From the NCBI GenBank assembly GCA_030604855.1, contig JAUVVC010000002.1, positions 30,001 through 62,000 on the forward strand: a DNA stretch of 32,000 nucleotides, given 5' to 3'. Positions within the stretch are counted from its first letter, which is position 1. Every line of letters starts with the position of its first letter. The translations under genes were made by a program, and so were the position numbers. The DNA is from Erysipelotrichaceae bacterium (lineage in GTDB: Bacteria > Bacillota_I > Bacilli_A > Erysipelotrichales > Erysipelotrichaceae). Of this stretch, positions 30,685 through 32,000 are shown one piece after another. The notes under the pieces are model-generated. The model did no database searches, was not told the origin of the DNA, and worked only from the letters and a program-made list of their open reading frames with translations.

Positions 30685-32000
30685 TACGCCTTTAAAGCAT
30701 TGAATTGAGCAATCTGGATGCGCTTCTGCGCATCTATTTTTTTGCCTTCATCATCGATGAGAATGGTTGAACCTTCATGATAGCCCGACTTGAACTGCGT
30801 CGCATGTGGAAACTGTTCCTGGTTGCCCCAAAGGTAAGGGGTTGGAAGGTAGCCAAAGGCAAATATGTCGTAGAGTCCTTGAGCGGTATAAGGCTCATGA
30901 ACCGTTTGGTCGATCGAGTCCAAAATCAATTGCGCTTCCTGTACGAAGTGCTGAGTTTTGGCTTGAATATCGGGTTCATACTGATTTGGATCAATTTGTT
31001 GATTAGCCTTCATTTGACGATATTTTTGTATGGCTGAATGCGTGATTTGAATGCTTTCATGAATGACTTCCGGTGTTGCCAAATAAAGGGCTTCACTGTA
31101 GCTCACCACATGCACAAGCGGAGGACTGAAACTGTCATTTGGTTCAATGTCGTCCATAAGCATGCTTACAACAGCCAGTTGACGTTTCGCTAATTCAACA
31201 TCCGGTGCGAAATAATCCAAACCGGCACGCGGTTGAAGATACATCTTGAAGTCTTCATTAAGCAATGGTTTTATCAATTGAATGATGGCTCTTGCTTTCG
31301 CAAGATCTACAATGCCGGTTGTATAGCGTGGTGTATTCAACATGACCTGAAGGATGAAATCATGAATGCCATGTTTTTTTGCGCTTCGAGCCGCCAACAC
31401 CGCCGATACGATATACGTCACATCATCACTCCCTCTGAAAGCGAAATGATGCGGAATATTGGGTTCAAATGGTTTTTTTGTCTGTGCGATGTATTTCAAG
31501 GTTTCAATGTGTTCTTGAAGATTGGTGAGCAGATCATTGGGACCTCGACCGTCCAATTGGTTGAACCACCAAAAGGAAAGGGCATGCCAAGCGATGTTGA
31601 TGCTGCGCTCATGGATCTTCGCTAACTCAGGGACATTCTTTGTACCGGCGTAGGTTCTTAATAACAGAGGTCGCGATGCCTCATAAAGCTCACGGTATTC
31701 AAGTTCATTTTGAATCGGGACGCCTCCACCATTGCTTAGACCTGTCCAATCTTCATTGAAATTGGACTGTGTCAATTGGGATGAACCGATAGAGACAATA
31801 TCGAGATAGCCAGCGTTGGCTAATTGCTTGCACCAATCTTTGAACAATTCCACCGCTTCTTTACGATTATGTAAATAAGGACCGACATGGACCCGTGTCA
31901 ATGGGAGATTCTGTGTCTTTTGGTGATGTTGGAGTCGATCCACAAGTCGATCTTGGCGGGTTCCAAAACCGTCATAACCCGCTTTTGAAATGGGTCTGAT
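30672..32000 (-). CDS. Conserved-looking protein of unknown function; the 5' end lies outside the window
   Basis: The frame is open from 30672 to base 32000 with no stop upstream of the GTG at 31943, so more than 440 aa are visible. I recognise no family motif. The 3' end overlaps the ABC ATPase gene by 13 nt. Confidence 0.7.
   Translation of the reverse strand: MRPISKAGYDGFGTRQDRLVDRLQHHQKTQNLPLTRVHVGPYLHNRKEAVELFKDWCKQLANAGYLDIVSIGSSQLTQSNFNEDWTGLSNGGGVPIQNELEYRELYEASRPLLLRTYAGTKNVPELAKIHERSINIAWHALSFWWFNQLDGRGPNDLLTNLQEHIETLKYIAQTKKPFEPNIPHHFAFRGSDDVTYIVSAVLAARSAKKHGIHDFILQVMLNTPRYTTGIVDLAKARAIIQLIKPLLNEDFKMYLQPRAGLDYFAPDVELAKRQLAVVSMLMDDIEPNDSFSPPLVHVVSYSEALYLATPEVIHESIQITHSAIQKYRQMKANQQIDPNQYEPDIQAKTQHFVQEAQLILDSIDQTVHEPYTAQGLYDIFAFGYLPTPYLWGNQEQFPHATQFKSGYHEGSTILIDDEGKKIDAQKRIQIAQFNALKAYQAK
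30716..30743 (+). terminator. Strong intrinsic terminator of the ABC operon, located inside the coding region of the convergent gene
   Basis: Stem gatgcgc/gcgcatc with loop ttct, followed by tattttttt. Confidence 0.75.

Noticed and set aside
1-32000. Search by eye for CRISPR arrays, tRNA or rRNA genes, IS or transposase and integrase genes, toxin-antitoxin pairs or defence-system genes
   Set aside because: I found no spaced identical repeats, no cloverleaf-like or rRNA-like segments, and no recombinase, nuclease, helicase or methylase motifs in any frame. The window looks like core metabolic chromosome rather than an accessory island.

Overview
This 32-kb window looks like an ordinary chromosomal region from a low-GC Bacillota-type anaerobe. 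That placement rests on lon-engB synteny, ptb-buk and lipobox lipoproteins, and the exact taxon cannot be determined by eye. I count 32 protein-coding genes and see no rRNA or tRNA genes, CRISPR arrays, transposases, integrases or phage genes. In order, the window contains: (1) the lon 3' end and engB. (2) An extracytosolic flavin-reductase locus made of two tandem FMN-binding lipoprotein paralogs, a polytopic NarL-type histidine kinase with its LuxR-type response regulator, a third FMN-binding lipoprotein, and a lipoprotein FAD-dependent fumarate-reductase-family flavoprotein. (3) A CatE-like VOC protein. (4) A branched-chain amino-acid fermentation cluster: ptb, buk, leucine dehydrogenase, an uncharacterised P-loop NTPase and a four-subunit 2-oxoacid:ferredoxin oxidoreductase. 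(5) A TetR-MFP-RND efflux operon. (6) DUF2177 plus a DhaL(FakA-like)-DegV fusion. (7) LytS/LytTR, CstA and an FMN-dependent alpha-hydroxyacid oxidoreductase. (8) A class II photolyase. (9) A YerC/TrpR-like gene followed by an amino-acid ABC transporter. (10) A large uncharacterised gene that runs off the right edge. The most interesting items are: the reductase locus, whose catalytic motifs are non-canonical; a YpdB-like direct repeat in front of cstA; the P-loop gene that is translationally coupled into the oxidoreductase operon; the kinase-DegV fusion; and terminators built into overlapping convergent gene ends. All functional calls come from motif recognition by eye. No database search was run.
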